From: a virus
Lineage: Duplodnaviria; Heunggongvirae; Uroviricota; Caudoviricetes
IMG/VR virus record: IMGVR_UViG_2609460219_000010
Span: 1 to 39,097 of that record
Length of the DNA: 39,097 nucleotides
Reading direction: 5' to 3' (one strand)
Shown here: positions 8,131-19,242 of the stretch, one piece after another
Numbering within the stretch: position 1 is the first letter of the stretch
Layout of the letters: every line of letters starts with the position of its first letter
Position numbers and translations under genes: made by a program
Notes under the pieces: generated by a model
The model's database searches: none
What the model was told of the DNA's origin: nothing
Seen by the model: the letters and a program-made list of their open reading frames with translations, nothing else

Positions 8131-10139
8131 TAACCCACCCTCACCTGATTACTTCGCATGACCTGAGCATTTGCAGACTGTTGCCGACGTGCAACCTCAT
8201 TACCGACAGCGTGCGGATCTCCGCCACCGTAAATGTGGTAGGTATTTTGCTGGTTAACCTCTGTCACTTTGCCACTAATTCCTGCCACGGCAGCCTTATT
8301 AATCAGCTCCCGAGAATAGATATTTCTTCCATTTTCATGCTGGATAATGCTGCTCATCAATGCTGACATGGTTTGCGGATCGCTCATATTCAGGGCAGCC
8401 CTGGGATCCACTCCCAGTCGTTGCGATACAGCCCTGATATACGCAGTTGTGTTGTTATTATCAGACGCAGGTGCCCAGGTAGAGATAATTTTCTCCACAC
8501 TGTTTATTCCCCGTCCGGCGTACAGCATTAACTGACGAGCAAGAGCCCGTAATCCATCAAAAGCAGTTTCAAATCTGGCAAATCGCCCGCCCGGGCGTTC
8601 AAGAGAAGCCCCTGCCTGACCAGCAAAATTAAGGTTTCCCGGATTGTTATTCCGTTCTCCTCGTTTCGTAGCCTGTGCATATTGTTCCGGCTCATCATCC
8701 CCAAACCAGCCGCGTACCGTCCGGCCCACGCTGCGGGGATCGAATCCCCAGTGCTCTTTAATCCAGTCGGCAGTACTGTTAGCGCTGTCTGTAACCATCG
8801 GCATCGCTGACGGATTTTCGCTGNCCTGATTAAGTATCTGTTTGCCGATGCTGACGGCATCAGCCCAGCGGCCATCTTTGATAGCGTTGAGCAGGTCGGC
8901 GATCATGTTCAGTATTTTGCTGAATTCGCCCATCTGGTCGATGAAGTTGCTGAAATCCCACTTCAGGGACCATGATTTGGGGTCAATATTGAGCAGTTTC
9001 GCCAGCGCTTTCACCAGGTCGTTAACGGTCGTTTTAAGGTCACGAACCATCTTCAGCGCGGCATCAACCTCCGGTTTCCACTTGCCCCAGTCAATCAGGC
9101 TGTCGCCGCCTTCCTTCCAGGTCTGATAGTCCTCCCACAGGAGGGCAATCCCCGCCGCCAGCGCGGTAATGAGGCCAATCGGCGACATCCAGAACGTACT
9201 GTTCAGAATGCGCAACGCAATCGTCAGTGCGCCAAACAGCGAGATCAACTCCCGCGTTTGCTTATCCAGCGATTGCCACCAGGTGATGAGGCCTGATGTT
9301 CCTTCAATCAGTCTGAAGAACAGCCGCCCGATAATATCCCCGAGCGCCAGAATGCCTTTTATGGCTTTCGTCAGGGTCTGCTCGATACGCGGGAAGTTGT
9401 CCAGAATATGGCGGCGCAGGGTGTCCAGCGAACCCGCAAGCCCCCCCGCAAGATTAGAGCCGATTTTGTCACGGGCCATGCCTGCCATCGCGCTAAACTC
9501 ACGCAGGGAGGTCATAAATTTGTTGGAGCTTCTGGCCGCCTCGTCAGCATTGAAGCCGATAGCTTTCGCCATTGCGCTGTACTGCCCGGAGAAACCACCC
9601 ACACCCCGGCGCATAGCCATCANGGTATTTTCGTCAATGCCCAGCATCTGCGCATACTGGTTAGCCCGGTAATACGGCATGCCGCTGAGCTTCTGGCCTA
9701 CACCTGTAAAAATAGCGGCCATGTCACGCATGTTACCGCTGGCATCCCGTGTCTGTACCCCCAGGCGATTCAGAAATCCCTCTGCACCGGGATTGTTACG
9801 AATAAACCGGGAGAGGCTTTCCAGAGAAGATCGCGCAGCGTCCACGCTGCCGCCAACCTGCGAAACCGCATAGCCAATAGACTGAATTCCCTGGACTGTC
9901 GCGCCGGTGCGCTGTGACGCCCAGTAAAGATTATCCAGACCAGAGGCGATCTTAGCCGTGAAGGCCACCACGGACAGCGCAGCTCCTTCAACAGCCAGCC
10001 CCATTTTGATGACATTTGCAGTTGTACCGGCGAGGACAGAACCGAACTTTTTCGCTCCTGCATCATCCACACTGAAGCCAAGCGAGACGAGGAAATCTTT
10101 AATAGTTTCAGCGTTCATTATCCTCTCTCCATTTCTCAA
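8130..10139 (-). CDS. tail tape measure protein
   Basis: 669 aa, largest tail ORF, follows chaperone/frameshift pair downstream of sheath and tube; alternative start at 10118. Confidence 0.65.
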   Translation of the reverse strand: MRNGERIMNAETIKDFLVSLGFSVDDAGAKKFGSVLAGTTANVIKMGLAVEGAALSVVAFTAKIASGLDNLYWASQRTGATVQGIQSIGYAVSQVGGSVDAARSSLESLSRFIRNNPGAEGFLNRLGVQTRDASGNMRDMAAIFTGVGQKLSGMPYYRANQYAQMLGIDENTXMAMRRGVGGFSGQYSAMAKAIGFNADEAARSSNKFMTSLREFSAMAGMARDKIGSNLAGGLAGSLDTLRRHILDNFPRIEQTLTKAIKGILALGDIIGRLFFRLIEGTSGLITWWQSLDKQTRELISLFGALTIALRILNSTFWMSPIGLITALAAGIALLWEDYQTWKEGGDSLIDWGKWKPEVDAALKMVRDLKTTVNDLVKALAKLLNIDPKSWSLKWDFSNFIDQMGEFSKILNMIADLLNAIKDGRWADAVSIGKQILNQXSENPSAMPMVTDSANSTADWIKEHWGFDPRSVGRTVRGWFGDDEPEQYAQATKRGERNNNPGNLNFAGQAGASLERPGGRFARFETAFDGLRALARQLMLYAGRGINSVEKIISTWAPASDNNNTTAYIRAVSQRLGVDPRAALNMSDPQTMSALMSSIIQHENGRNIYSRELINKAAVAGISGKVTEVNQQNTYHIYGGGDPHAVGNEVARRQQSANAQVMRSNQVRVG

Positions 10140-10350
10140 TGCGCCGCTGGTTATCCGCTTTTACCGCCAGATGGTCATTCAAGAGAGCAATGTCGTACAA
10201 ATCGACAGAGCCATCTTTAAGTGCTGTATAAGGAATTAACCCGGCGTCAACCGGATTGAGAAGGTAGGACAGCCCGTCCGGCAGGCTGTTAAACGTCAGC
10301 CCTGTTGCAGGCTCTGCGTCGTGCTGGTAAGGGGTGTAGGCAAAAAATTT
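10108..10350 (-). other. -1 programmed frameshift extension of tail assembly chaperone
   Basis: In-frame heptamer A_AAT_TTT (plus coords 10344-10350, minus strand) 19 codons before stop; -1 frame stays open ~80 codons with no Met (FAYTPYQHDAEP...EKWREDNER) ending at a TGA (10108-10110) overlapping the tape-measure start. Confidence 0.5.
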
Positions 10351-10748
10351 CCCAGCGAATCGGCGACCACCCGCGCCACCAGATGAAGCATGACCAGCAG
10401 GTCAATATCATCAAACATCAGTTCGCCCCGGGTAAATACCGGCACCCATCCGTCCATATGACGCCGCGACACCACCGCAAGACAGGGATGAATAATCGCA
10501 TCGGTGTCATCTTCGGTCAGGGAAGACAGTTCCTCAGCGATACGCGGGAGCATGGTTTCAAACACCGGTTTTAACTGCTCGAATTTCACGGTGTCGATTT
10601 TGCCGTCAGCAGGCAAACGGGAGCGAATGCTCCCGAAATCTGACATCATTCCCGCCAGTACCGGCAGAAGTTTGCGGGTCACTTTCAGCTGGTCAAAAAC
10701 GCTGAGTTTTGCCACGCGATATTTCACGCCTTTGATTTCTAATTCCAT
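10296..10748 (-). CDS. tail assembly chaperone
   Basis: 150 aa ORF between tube and tape measure; contains in-frame slippery heptamer near its 3' end. Confidence 0.55.
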   Translation of the reverse strand: MELEIKGVKYRVAKLSVFDQLKVTRKLLPVLAGMMSDFGSIRSRLPADGKIDTVKFEQLKPVFETMLPRIAEELSSLTEDDTDAIIHPCLAVVSRRHMDGWVPVFTRGELMFDDIDLLVMLHLVARVVADSLGNFLPTPLTSTTQSLQQG

Positions 10749-10751
10749 GTA

Positions 10752-11192
10752 TTAAAACTCCCCGAGAACCTGGTCAATCTTGCCGCAGTCAAACACCCAC
10801 GGCATCGTATTACCGGTTTTAGCGTTGGCGTTATCCGGTTGTTTCTGGAACGCAACACTGCGTGCTGTGATGATGTCGCCGCTGACCTTGTTGCGGATCA
10901 CGATAACGTTATTCCCCCATGTGGCAGAAGACTGGCTCTGTGCGTTATACGCCAGCGACAATTTTTTATTTGTCGGTGATGTCTTCAGAAGGTTAACGGT
11001 AATCGTCCCGCTTTTATCTGCATGGAGGCTGTGCATCACTTCACCATCAGCACCGATGGTCATGGTGTTTTTAGGACCGCCCATCGCAACCACAATCCCC
11101 TCTTCAGAACTTGCCGAACCGTACCCGAGATCAATCGAACCTGTCGGCCCGGTCAGCGTCGCAGTGACATCCATAAAAGAATAGGTAGACAT
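10752..11192 (-). CDS. tail tube protein
   Basis: 146 aa ORF directly downstream of sheath-sized gene, upstream of chaperone. Confidence 0.55.
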   Translation of the reverse strand: MSTYSFMDVTATLTGPTGSIDLGYGSASSEEGIVVAMGGPKNTMTIGADGEVMHSLHADKSGTITVNLLKTSPTNKKLSLAYNAQSQSSATWGNNVIVIRNKVSGDIITARSVAFQKQPDNANAKTGNTMPWVFDCGKIDQVLGEF

Positions 11193-11202
11193 TCACTTCC
11201 CC

Positions 11203-12348
11203 TTAGCGAACAACGTTAATCTGTACGTCAGCGTAATGAACCGCGCCTGCAAGTTTTATTGCAGCCTGAATCACCGGAGCCTTACGGGCTTCACGTTCTG
11301 ATTGTGCCTGTTCATCCAGCGGCTGGGCGTATACGTAATAACCTTTGGGCAGCGTGTCACCTGATGACAACTGGCCAAGGTCGCCACCGTTCCATACGCC
11401 CGGAGCAATCAGTCCATTCTGAACGGCCTGATCCAGTGATTTTTCAACATTTGATAACAGTCGGGTAATACCGGCTTCAGTCTGGGGAACCTTCGTGGTG
11501 CTGGTATAAAGCAGGTTATAGAGGTTGGTCTGCACATAATTCTGTAACCAGTCCAGGCCGTGGCGTTCATCAAAGAAATCGCCGTTAGCCATCACTCCCT
11601 GCTGGATGATAGCTGTATCATTCTGGTAGTACACGAACACATTGCAGTTTTTTGCATCAAGTGCCGATGCCTGGCTGACTGTCAGTGTTTCATACCCGAC
11701 ACCCGGCTCCTGCTTAAACTTGAGCGTAATCGCGGTATTACTGCCATTGAAATTAACCGTGAATGCCCGGCCAAATGCAGATAACGCAGCGTATTTATTA
11801 CCCGATGAATACTGAATAAAACTGCGTGAATATCCGGCGGTTTTCAGTTCTGATGCCAAATCATCTCTGGATGCAGTCTGCAGGCATTTCTCATCGCTTG
11901 TCGTAATCGCCAGAATACGGCTTACAGAAGAGGATTCGATCGCCGCAGCCACTTTCAGCCAGTCTGCATCCGGAATATCTGCATCGTCTGCAATCCCCAG
12001 CCCATACCATGAAGTATAATCAAGCATGGCATTCACAGCCTGCTCCAGCGTCTCAGGCGTGGCCTGTTCGCTGTCTCCCTTCGTTTTCACCCAACGACCA
12101 ACAAAAACCTCCTGAGGTTTCGGTGATTGTGAGAAAAACACCTGCGCAGCCTTATATTCTGGTGATTCCACGCCAAAATCTTTTCCAATATCTTCCGCGG
12201 CAGAATAACGGCGAATGCGCTCACTTACCGGAATGATTGTGGACGGGCCGAGAATGAGTAATGCACCAAAATTTCGCCCTGATGCTGCACGCGGCGACAT
12301 GATCACATCAACATTAACAACGTTTGATACAGGCAAGCCCTGTTCCAT
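11203..12348 (-). CDS. tail sheath protein
   Basis: 381 aa ORF at sheath position of sheath-tube-chaperone-tape measure order. Confidence 0.6.
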   Translation of the reverse strand: MEQGLPVSNVVNVDVIMSPRAASGRNFGALLILGPSTIIPVSERIRRYSAAEDIGKDFGVESPEYKAAQVFFSQSPKPQEVFVGRWVKTKGDSEQATPETLEQAVNAMLDYTSWYGLGIADDADIPDADWLKVAAAIESSSVSRILAITTSDEKCLQTASRDDLASELKTAGYSRSFIQYSSGNKYAALSAFGRAFTVNFNGSNTAITLKFKQEPGVGYETLTVSQASALDAKNCNVFVYYQNDTAIIQQGVMANGDFFDERHGLDWLQNYVQTNLYNLLYTSTTKVPQTEAGITRLLSNVEKSLDQAVQNGLIAPGVWNGGDLGQLSSGDTLPKGYYVYAQPLDEQAQSEREARKAPVIQAAIKLAGAVHYADVQINVVR

Positions 12349-12351
12349 AGC

Positions 12352-12918
12352 TTAATCTCCGAAAAAGATTACTGGTGCTTCCACCAGCGATTTAATACCG
12401 TACTCGCGCACAACCTTCCGGCGCAGACGCACCGTCATATCGTAGCGGCGGACCCATTGCTGATTAATAAGTTCAGGGAAGGGAATCAGACCTGTGTAAT
12501 CGCCAAGAGACAGCCCCAGCGCATTCAGTGCTGCGTTGTTCTGCGGTACAGATATACCGTCACGAAACCGGGACGCATACACCATCCCCGCCGGACCATA
12601 AAACGAAGCCATACACTCAATCGTTTCATGCCGCCAGAGCTGAGAGCCATCATCGGTCTGTCTGGTGAATGCCGGACTGTCATCATCTGACCATCCGATA
12701 ACCCCAAACGCACACCAGTTCGTTTCAGCCGGTAGCAGTGGCGGCTGCTCTTTCTGCCAGCGCGGGCGAACCATCCCGGCAGACAGGCCAGAAACGTTAC
12801 GCATCCACTGGCTTAACAGCCTGTCGAGCGCTTCGTCATAATCCGGATCGCCACTGGTTGGTATTAACCATCCGCGCTCTGTACTGGTGTTATTGCTCAA
12901 CCGGAGTTCCCCCATCAA
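12352..12918 (-). CDS. virion morphogenesis protein (head-tail joining region)
   Basis: 188 aa ORF in the block between capsid and sheath. Confidence 0.3.
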   Translation of the reverse strand: MMGELRLSNNTSTERGWLIPTSGDPDYDEALDRLLSQWMRNVSGLSAGMVRPRWQKEQPPLLPAETNWCAFGVIGWSDDDSPAFTRQTDDGSQLWRHETIECMASFYGPAGMVYASRFRDGISVPQNNAALNALGLSLGDYTGLIPFPELINQQWVRRYDMTVRLRRKVVREYGIKSLVEAPVIFFGD

Positions 12919-13279
12919 ACGGCATCAACTCACAATGCGCCTGAACGAATCCGGCCCCATAAGCTGTATACGGGTCGACGAAGGTCACACGATAATCACG
13001 GCCCTGATACGTCACGATATCGGCATCACGGCCAGTCTGTCCCTGCGTCAGTCGCTCAGTCGTCACAATCAGAATTGCACCGCTGATTACCTGCCCTGCC
13101 TGCATACGGCGGTTTTCCAGAGAGCGATCAACAGTTACGACTCCGGCAAACTGCTTTTTAACTTCACTGTCGCTGCCGATCCCGTCCTCATCAACCGTTT
13201 GCACTCGGCGTGTTACCCACAAATTGAAGTCGCAAAAATCGGGGTCAAAAAGCACATCTGTTACATCAAGAGTCGGCAT
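12890..13279 (-). CDS. virion morphogenesis protein
   Basis: 129 aa ORF, overlapping neighbours, head-tail connector block. Confidence 0.3.
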   Translation of the reverse strand: MPTLDVTDVLFDPDFCDFNLWVTRRVQTVDEDGIGSDSEVKKQFAGVVTVDRSLENRRMQAGQVISGAILIVTTERLTQGQTGRDADIVTYQGRDYRVTFVDPYTAYGAGFVQAHCELMPFDGGTPVEQ

Positions 13280-13820
13280 CTTTATCCCTCACTACATGGG
13301 TAATAGCTCTGCGATATTGCCCGGTGTCAATTAATGGTTTCGCCAGATCGGTTCCGGGAGATTCGCCAGCAACACGTCGGGCAAGTTCCAGTGTTGCCCC
13401 CTTGCGCCCCCGACGAGCCCGGGCTTCAACAGTGCTGTCAGCAAGCGGCGTAAAGCCGGTAATAGTCATGTAACGCCTGACGCCATTAGCGGCCAGCGTT
13501 CCGGCACGGTTGAGTGCGCGTTCTGCTCCCGCAGCATTACCATCAAGAGCAGCCTGCGCCGCGGTTTTGAGCTGCGGCACCGTCTGTTCTTCTGCCGATT
13601 TAACGCCGGGGACCAGGTGAGGTCGTGGCGGGATGTTCTGCTCTGGTGAGCCGTATTCGTTGAGGTAACCGATGCCCGCATTACCAAACGGAACATCATC
13701 CCGCTCGCTGTCTTCCGAAGGGATGCCGACCAGCACATCTTTTTTGGTTAACGACCTGAGCGCATCCAGAATGGCCTTAGCGTTATCCACCCTCGTTGTT
13801 ACACCGCTTTTGAAACTCAT
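13266..13820 (-). CDS. virion morphogenesis protein
   Basis: 184 aa ORF, head-tail connector block. Confidence 0.3.
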   Translation of the reverse strand: MSFKSGVTTRVDNAKAILDALRSLTKKDVLVGIPSEDSERDDVPFGNAGIGYLNEYGSPEQNIPPRPHLVPGVKSAEEQTVPQLKTAAQAALDGNAAGAERALNRAGTLAANGVRRYMTITGFTPLADSTVEARARRGRKGATLELARRVAGESPGTDLAKPLIDTGQYRRAITHVVRDKDADS

Positions 13821-14224
13821 AGCTGGCGACCGCCTGCACCGAACATCGTGATCAACTGATAAAATTCAGCGCCATATCGGGTGTTATTCCAGAAACCTGC
13901 ATCAGGATTCAGCGTCGCGCTGGTGTCATAGCTGACGCTTACCTTGTCAACGGACTTTGAGGACTGAACACCATTGGTTGAACCGCCCGGACCACCAGCC
14001 AGCATCGCTCTGCTGTCTGCCGCCCAGAGCGTCATGTAGTGCGCAACGAACAATCCGGCAAAGTACGGAAACAACTTTTTGCCGGTGACGTTTTCACTCA
14101 GCAGTTCATCGGCCAGATTCAGACGAAACTGGATTTGCGCTTCGGGATATTTGGCAGGGTCAGCAAACTGCGGGAAGTCGCGGCGAAAATCACTTACCGC
14201 TGGCAGACTTTGATTCTTTGGCAT
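13817..14224 (-). CDS. virion morphogenesis protein
   Basis: 135 aa ORF, head-tail connector block. Confidence 0.3.
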   Translation of the reverse strand: MPKNQSLPAVSDFRRDFPQFADPAKYPEAQIQFRLNLADELLSENVTGKKLFPYFAGLFVAHYMTLWAADSRAMLAGGPGGSTNGVQSSKSVDKVSVSYDTSATLNPDAGFWNNTRYGAEFYQLITMFGAGGRQL

Positions 14225-14411
14225 TTTTTACCTCGTTACGCGCGTCTGTGGCTTTGCCAACGGATACTTCCGCGTGCGCACGAGTGAACCAGTGCGTGGC
14301 AACGTCTTCCTCCACAGCATGACGGCCTTTAACAAACTCGCGCCGTGAACCGTCGGGAAGCGTGAGCACAAACGGGGTATGTACGTGTATTACTGCATTA
14401 TTTTTTGCCAT
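14190..14411 (-). CDS. small virion-associated protein
   Basis: 73 aa ORF directly downstream of capsid gene. Confidence 0.25.
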   Translation of the reverse strand: MAKNNAVIHVHTPFVLTLPDGSRREFVKGRHAVEEDVATHWFTRAHAEVSVGKATDARNEVKNAKESKSASGK

Positions 14412-14452
14412 CGGGTCATCCTTAATGGCCCCGCCAGGGGGCCATGTGGCTG

Positions 14453-15394
14453 TTAAATGCCATCAACGTACGAAAGGGTTTCTTTGTACACTGGCTCAAC
14501 CGCACCCAGCTTGCCGTAGTAAGTGACGATCTGATACAGACCGCGATACTGCACCGGCACGCTCTGAAGCGGAACCAGCGGGTAGCGGACGTATTTTTTA
14601 TCGTTGGTGTACGCAACCATGCGATCCTTTTTCCCCACACCACGGCCTTTCAGCCATTTAACCGCGCGGATATTCAGCGGAACACCGTTCTGGTGATAGC
14701 TGATGGTGTTGGTCTGAAGATACGTCAACAGGGACTGGTTACCCGCAGATGAAACGATGATGCTGGACAACAGAGCAAACTGCTCAGGCGGGATCAGCAA
14801 ATCACGCGGAACCACAGAGTAACCGGAAGCGGCCCACGCATCAGACAGCACCTGGTTAATGCTTGCGCGGATTTCGTCCGGTGTTGAGGTTGCCCACGTT
14901 TTAGCAGCGTTGTTGACAGGCACGCCGTCCAGGGTAACAAGGCCTTTCAGGTTTAATGCGGAATCGCCAACATACACCTGTTCATCGTTATCCATCTGCC
15001 ATTTCAGTTGCATCCCGTCATACTTCTGCGTATCGATCGGGCGTCCGACCTGCTGAGCAGCCTGCAATTCTATGACCGTCCAGCCAAGTTCCATCCCCCA
15101 CAGGTTCAGCGGGTTACCGGATTTGCCGATATCCACGTTTACGCCAGCAATAGCGGTTGAGTCTTTGCCTACCCAGTTTTTGCCATTCGGATTTGCACCA
15201 GTACCCGCAGCGGCGAAGCTGGTATTCGTCCAGCTGGAAATGTCATCTGCGATAGAGACATCTTCACGCAACTGAATATCGCGGGTCCAGGTGTACCCCA
15301 CCAGTGGCAGGTTCAGCGTCTGGTCGAGTCGCTCCAGCTCCCCGATGAGAAAGGCACCAGAGCTGTCAACGGTTGCCTGATCAAAAGTAATCAT
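14453..15394 (-). CDS. major capsid protein
   Basis: 313 aa ORF downstream of protease/scaffold and decoration-like genes. Confidence 0.55.
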   Translation of the reverse strand: MITFDQATVDSSGAFLIGELERLDQTLNLPLVGYTWTRDIQLREDVSIADDISSWTNTSFAAAGTGANPNGKNWVGKDSTAIAGVNVDIGKSGNPLNLWGMELGWTVIELQAAQQVGRPIDTQKYDGMQLKWQMDNDEQVYVGDSALNLKGLVTLDGVPVNNAAKTWATSTPDEIRASINQVLSDAWAASGYSVVPRDLLIPPEQFALLSSIIVSSAGNQSLLTYLQTNTISYHQNGVPLNIRAVKWLKGRGVGKKDRMVAYTNDKKYVRYPLVPLQSVPVQYRGLYQIVTYYGKLGAVEPVYKETLSYVDGI

Positions 15395-15405
15395 TCGTCT
15401 GTTCC

Positions 15406-15912
15406 TTAAATCTTCCAGGAAATTTCTGCATTGCCGTCAGCATCACCGGCACCTGTGAATTCAGCGTTGGTCAGCACCACGTTTTTGCCACTGACTGACG
15501 TGGACATGAATCCACCCAGCGGCACTTTGATAGATTCATCAGTGGAGACGACAACGTATACCGGGTCGCCTTTTTTGATGGTGCTGGCATCAAAATCAGA
15601 ACCGAGGTTAACGGTCACGTAGCCACGCTTCATGGCGTCGCCCGGGAAGTTCTTGCCACTCCCCACCTGGCGAACCATGTCCGGCTGCGACGTGGTCGGA
15701 TAAGGGCGCACGTAGATCCCCTTCACCTTGTCTGCGGTATCACCATCTGTCAGCGGCACGAAAAAACCGTCATCATCGTATTTACCAGCCAGGCCATAGG
15801 CAGCAAAGGCGTTATCGGATTTAAGGACCACCGGTTCGACGGTTAAGTCCTGCGGGCGAGAGACAGCCCCGGCAATGCCAACAGGCATCCGGTACAGAAA
15901 TACATTATTCAT
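15406..15912 (-). CDS. capsid accessory/decoration-like protein
   Basis: 168 aa ORF between scaffold/protease and capsid. Confidence 0.35.
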   Translation of the reverse strand: MNNVFLYRMPVGIAGAVSRPQDLTVEPVVLKSDNAFAAYGLAGKYDDDGFFVPLTDGDTADKVKGIYVRPYPTTSQPDMVRQVGSGKNFPGDAMKRGYVTVNLGSDFDASTIKKGDPVYVVVSTDESIKVPLGGFMSTSVSGKNVVLTNAEFTGAGDADGNAEISWKI

Positions 15913-15915
15913 TTT

Positions 15916-17136
15916 TTACCCTTTACGGTTTGCCCAGAATTCAGCGTTTTGTTTGTTCAGGGAAGCGATACTGGTCATGCCCATGTTTGGGCGCTGTGCA
16001 TCGCCGGTGGTGGCGCGGGTGTTTCGCCCNTTGGCAGTCTCAGACACGGCATTAAACGCCATGTCGACCGATTGTTTCGGCAATTTGCGGATATCCGCAT
16101 CACCGACGATCTGGCGAACCAGCGTTTTGTCAGCAGAAGCCAGAACCTCACGTTTGAACGCGGTCGGTTTCATCTTACGGCTCAGATCGATACCCGGAAC
16201 GATAACTTCGGCACGCCAGGCTGAGTCACCAGTAATCGTGGTTTCCTCTTCATCGTCCTCGCCGTCACCGGTCGGATTATCGTCAGACTTATTGTCGTTA
16301 TCGCCCGTCGCATTTCCTTCCAGCTTAGCCATCANGGCTTTCAGTAATGTTTTGAGGTCATCATCACTGTCGCCCGTTGGACCTCCGCCCATCTCTGGTG
16401 CTTTGTCCGGTAGCGGTTGCTGCGGGGACAGGTTGATGTTGAGATTAACGCCCTGCGGCAAATCCCCCTCATCTCCTGTAACCGATGCGGGAGCCGACTC
16501 CACCAGTTCGTTCATGGTGTCAGCGTCACCCGTTTTGATGGCCGTGCGCATGCGGGTCCACCAGCTTTTCTTTTGATTTGCCATTGTGTCTCTGTCTCCA
16601 ATTGCACAACGATTTCCGGCTCTGCCTTTAGGGACAAGAGCCACATGGTTTCCGGTAATATCAACCTGCTCAGCCTTACCCGGCTCAGTCTGCTTATATT
16701 CCGCGTCATAGCCACACGACACTTCGCGCAGGCCATCTTCGATCAGCTGAATGGCGTTTTCGTCTTTGACGATAAGGTCAGCCAGCATCAAATCAGACTG
16801 CACACCCGTCCCGCGCCGGACATTCTGAAGATGCCCGACCGCGAGCTCTTTCCAGTTCTCTGGATTCACCAGCCGCACATCCCCGTTTTCATCCTCGGGA
16901 TGCAACACCGTGATACTCATTCCTTCGAATGAGGCAAGCGTGGCCGGATGGAATACCTGCTCAGGAGAACGCGTGACGACTATTTCACCGAACTTATCGG
17001 GTTTCAGTTTTGGCAGGTCATCAGCACCATAGAGCTGCTTACCTGTTCGTCCTATCGGCACGTCTTTGCACAGCAACGAGCCGTCAGCCAGCTGATAGCG
17101 GGTTTCCCCCAGCCGGGTATTGAAAAAATATTTCAT
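15916..17136 (-). CDS. prohead protease / scaffolding protein
   Basis: 406 aa with highly acidic low-complexity middle region (DDDL..., GDGEDDEEE) typical of scaffold; position between head-morphogenesis gene and capsid. Confidence 0.4.
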   Translation of the reverse strand: MKYFFNTRLGETRYQLADGSLLCKDVPIGRTGKQLYGADDLPKLKPDKFGEIVVTRSPEQVFHPATLASFEGMSITVLHPEDENGDVRLVNPENWKELAVGHLQNVRRGTGVQSDLMLADLIVKDENAIQLIEDGLREVSCGYDAEYKQTEPGKAEQVDITGNHVALVPKGRAGNRCAIGDRDTMANQKKSWWTRMRTAIKTGDADTMNELVESAPASVTGDEGDLPQGVNLNINLSPQQPLPDKAPEMGGGPTGDSDDDLKTLLKAXMAKLEGNATGDNDNKSDDNPTGDGEDDEEETTITGDSAWRAEVIVPGIDLSRKMKPTAFKREVLASADKTLVRQIVGDADIRKLPKQSVDMAFNAVSETAXGRNTRATTGDAQRPNMGMTSIASLNKQNAEFWANRKG

Positions 17137-17150
17137 GTGTTACCTGCGAT

Positions 17151-17924
17151 TCAGGCGGGGTAAGAATGGGAGGTGGGAAAAACAATTTCTTTATAACAGC
17201 GACAATTCGGGAACTCGCCAGCGTGACCTGTCATGCAGTCAAGCGTTGGAGGTTTGCCCCATTCGACAAATTTACCTTCCATTTCCCGATGAGAATGCCT
17301 GACATCACCATCTTCGGCTGTACGCCAGATATAACCATTCGAACCAATTGCCAGCGCACGCGCCTGATCCAGCGCGCCGGTTGCACGTCCAAGTTCAGTA
17401 CGGGCAATCAGGTCAGCTCTGGACTTTGCTATATCACCCGATGCAGCTATTTCTTTAGCAAAATGTTCCGCTCTCCCACCGGTCACAACAGCTTCAATCG
17501 CCCGATTCTGGATGTCGTACACCCTGTCAGCCGCCTCGAGGGGGAGCGATTTGATGTACTTAATCTGCTCGGCAACGATGGATTTCATCACCTGGCCTAC
17601 CGGGGCGCGGTCAACCATGTTGCGCAGCTCTGCACTGATGTTCCGGCTGTGCTGACGCCACTGCTTTTCATTCTGGCGCGCAATGTCGGCGGTAAAGTTC
17701 TCAGCAACCTTCGTCGCCCANGGGGTGATGATTTCGCTGTAGCGCTCCAGCGCATCCATGATTTCGGTGACGCTATCGTTTGAACCATCGTAGCGCCCAT
17801 TTACGATATCCCCGACCGCCCGCGCTATCTGCCGTAGGCTCGTTCGATATCGGATCTCCGCCTGGCGACTCTGGCGGGTTGTCGCCAAGTTCGCCGATGC
17901 CTGGCGGCGCTTCGTCTTCGGCAT
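17151..17924 (-). CDS. head morphogenesis protein (minor head protein)
   Basis: 257 aa ORF immediately downstream of portal; N-terminus overlaps portal ORF so true start probably internal. Confidence 0.5.
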   Translation of the reverse strand: MPKTKRRQASANLATTRQSRQAEIRYRTSLRQIARAVGDIVNGRYDGSNDSVTEIMDALERYSEIITXWATKVAENFTADIARQNEKQWRQHSRNISAELRNMVDRAPVGQVMKSIVAEQIKYIKSLPLEAADRVYDIQNRAIEAVVTGGRAEHFAKEIAASGDIAKSRADLIARTELGRATGALDQARALAIGSNGYIWRTAEDGDVRHSHREMEGKFVEWGKPPTLDCMTGHAGEFPNCRCYKEIVFPTSHSYPA

Positions 17925-19242
17925 TCTCTATGTCCTCGTCGGTAATGGATGCCCCGATGCCGGTGACGTCAGAGTTTTCGCGCAGGTCGGTCATTGCCGC
18001 CTTACGCGTCATCAATCCGTCGCCCAGCGCGGTGCTGATCGCGTTGGTGGTGTTTACGGCCACCGTTGAGCGGTCAACGTCAGACATTTGCCATAGCGGG
18101 TTAAACTCAAACGTGAAATCGTCCGGCAGTGGCTTACCGAGTTCCGAGCGGTGCATAATGTCCAGTATCCGGCGCATCGGCAGCCGTAAGCGGCGCTCCT
18201 GCAATGAGCTCACCCGGTCGTAATAGTTGGCAAGATCTGCATCACCGGTTGAAAATCCTTTCGGGGACTGTCCGAACAACCGCACCAGTGGAATACCAAC
18301 AGCGCCACTAATCTGTTCTGCAAACTGTGATAGGATGTCATCCAGACCACTGAAGCTGTACTGATGCGTTTCAAACTTATCCCGCGAGTCCATGAGCGTC
18401 ATGCCTTCATTGCTCTGGAACTGTCGAATCAGGTCGATATTCTTCAGCAACGCTTCATACGCAGGACCACCAAGTGCGATAAGCTCGCGTAGCTTCTCCA
18501 CGCTGTAGGTACGCAAATGCGCTTTGTAGACCAGCTGCGCCGCGCCGACAGTGGCGCTGTCGAACGCAGTAAGACGATCCCAGATACGCTCCACAACGGA
18601 CATGCCCCATTCGTTCTCGGTCATTTTCTGCTGGAAAGGTAGCGTGACGCCGTCGAATCGAATCAGGCGACTGTGATGGATACGCCAGGAAGGGATACCT
18701 GTCGCGGTGGTCACCACATCGTAAAACTCAGGTTTACCCAGGTCCGGCCCCATATCTTTAATGCGGCGGGTCAGTACCGGGTCAATCATCCAGCGGTCGA
18801 GCGGGAGAATCCCCTTAAACTTGCCCTTACCGATGGTTTCGGGTCGCAGCGGGGTCATTGGTGCCTGCCCCTCAATCATGATGAAACCCACCGCGCCGCC
18901 GTAGAGGCGCGACCATTTCAGCACGTCATTCAGCGCATCCCAGATTTGCAACTCATCCAGTTGTGATTCGAGAATGCCACGATCTTTTGCATCAATTTCC
19001 GAAGTGATGCGAATGCCTTTGCGGGTCATATCATCCGGGATAGCATCGACTGCTTCGCCGATGATCCAGGATGAACGATAGGACCATTCCACCAGCATGC
19101 GGTTACGACTGGTGAAATTAGCCCGGTAGGTGGATGCTGAGTGCTGGTTAGGTGTCTGCATCCCTACGCGGGCGACAAAGTTCTCATAGCCATCAGCGGT
19201 GGCCTGTGCCGTTCGCTGAGAGGCTTGCTTGTTTCGTGCCAT
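17773..19242 (-). CDS. portal protein
   Basis: 489 aa ORF directly downstream of terminase large subunit. Confidence 0.6.
   Translation of the reverse strand: MARNKQASQRTAQATADGYENFVARVGMQTPNQHSASTYRANFTSRNRMLVEWSYRSSWIIGEAVDAIPDDMTRKGIRITSEIDAKDRGILESQLDELQIWDALNDVLKWSRLYGGAVGFIMIEGQAPMTPLRPETIGKGKFKGILPLDRWMIDPVLTRRIKDMGPDLGKPEFYDVVTTATGIPSWRIHHSRLIRFDGVTLPFQQKMTENEWGMSVVERIWDRLTAFDSATVGAAQLVYKAHLRTYSVEKLRELIALGGPAYEALLKNIDLIRQFQSNEGMTLMDSRDKFETHQYSFSGLDDILSQFAEQISGAVGIPLVRLFGQSPKGFSTGDADLANYYDRVSSLQERRLRLPMRRILDIMHRSELGKPLPDDFTFEFNPLWQMSDVDRSTVAVNTTNAISTALGDGLMTRKAAMTDLRENSDVTGIGASITDEDIENAEDEAPPGIGELGDNPPESPGGDPISNEPTADSAGGRGYRKWALRWFKR

Noticed and set aside
9169-9917. Plus-strand ORFs (167 and 169 aa) inside the tape measure gene
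   Set aside because: Antisense to a long, well-supported minus-strand gene within an unbroken late operon; amino-acid composition looks like reverse-strand noise.
15875-16932. Plus-strand ORFs (233 and 171 aa) opposite the scaffold/protease gene
   Set aside because: Antisense to a coding gene; Ser/Pro-rich low-complexity translation typical of the reverse strand of an acidic region.
17166-17783. 205-aa plus-strand ORF opposite the head morphogenesis gene
   Set aside because: Antisense within the late operon, no independent signals.
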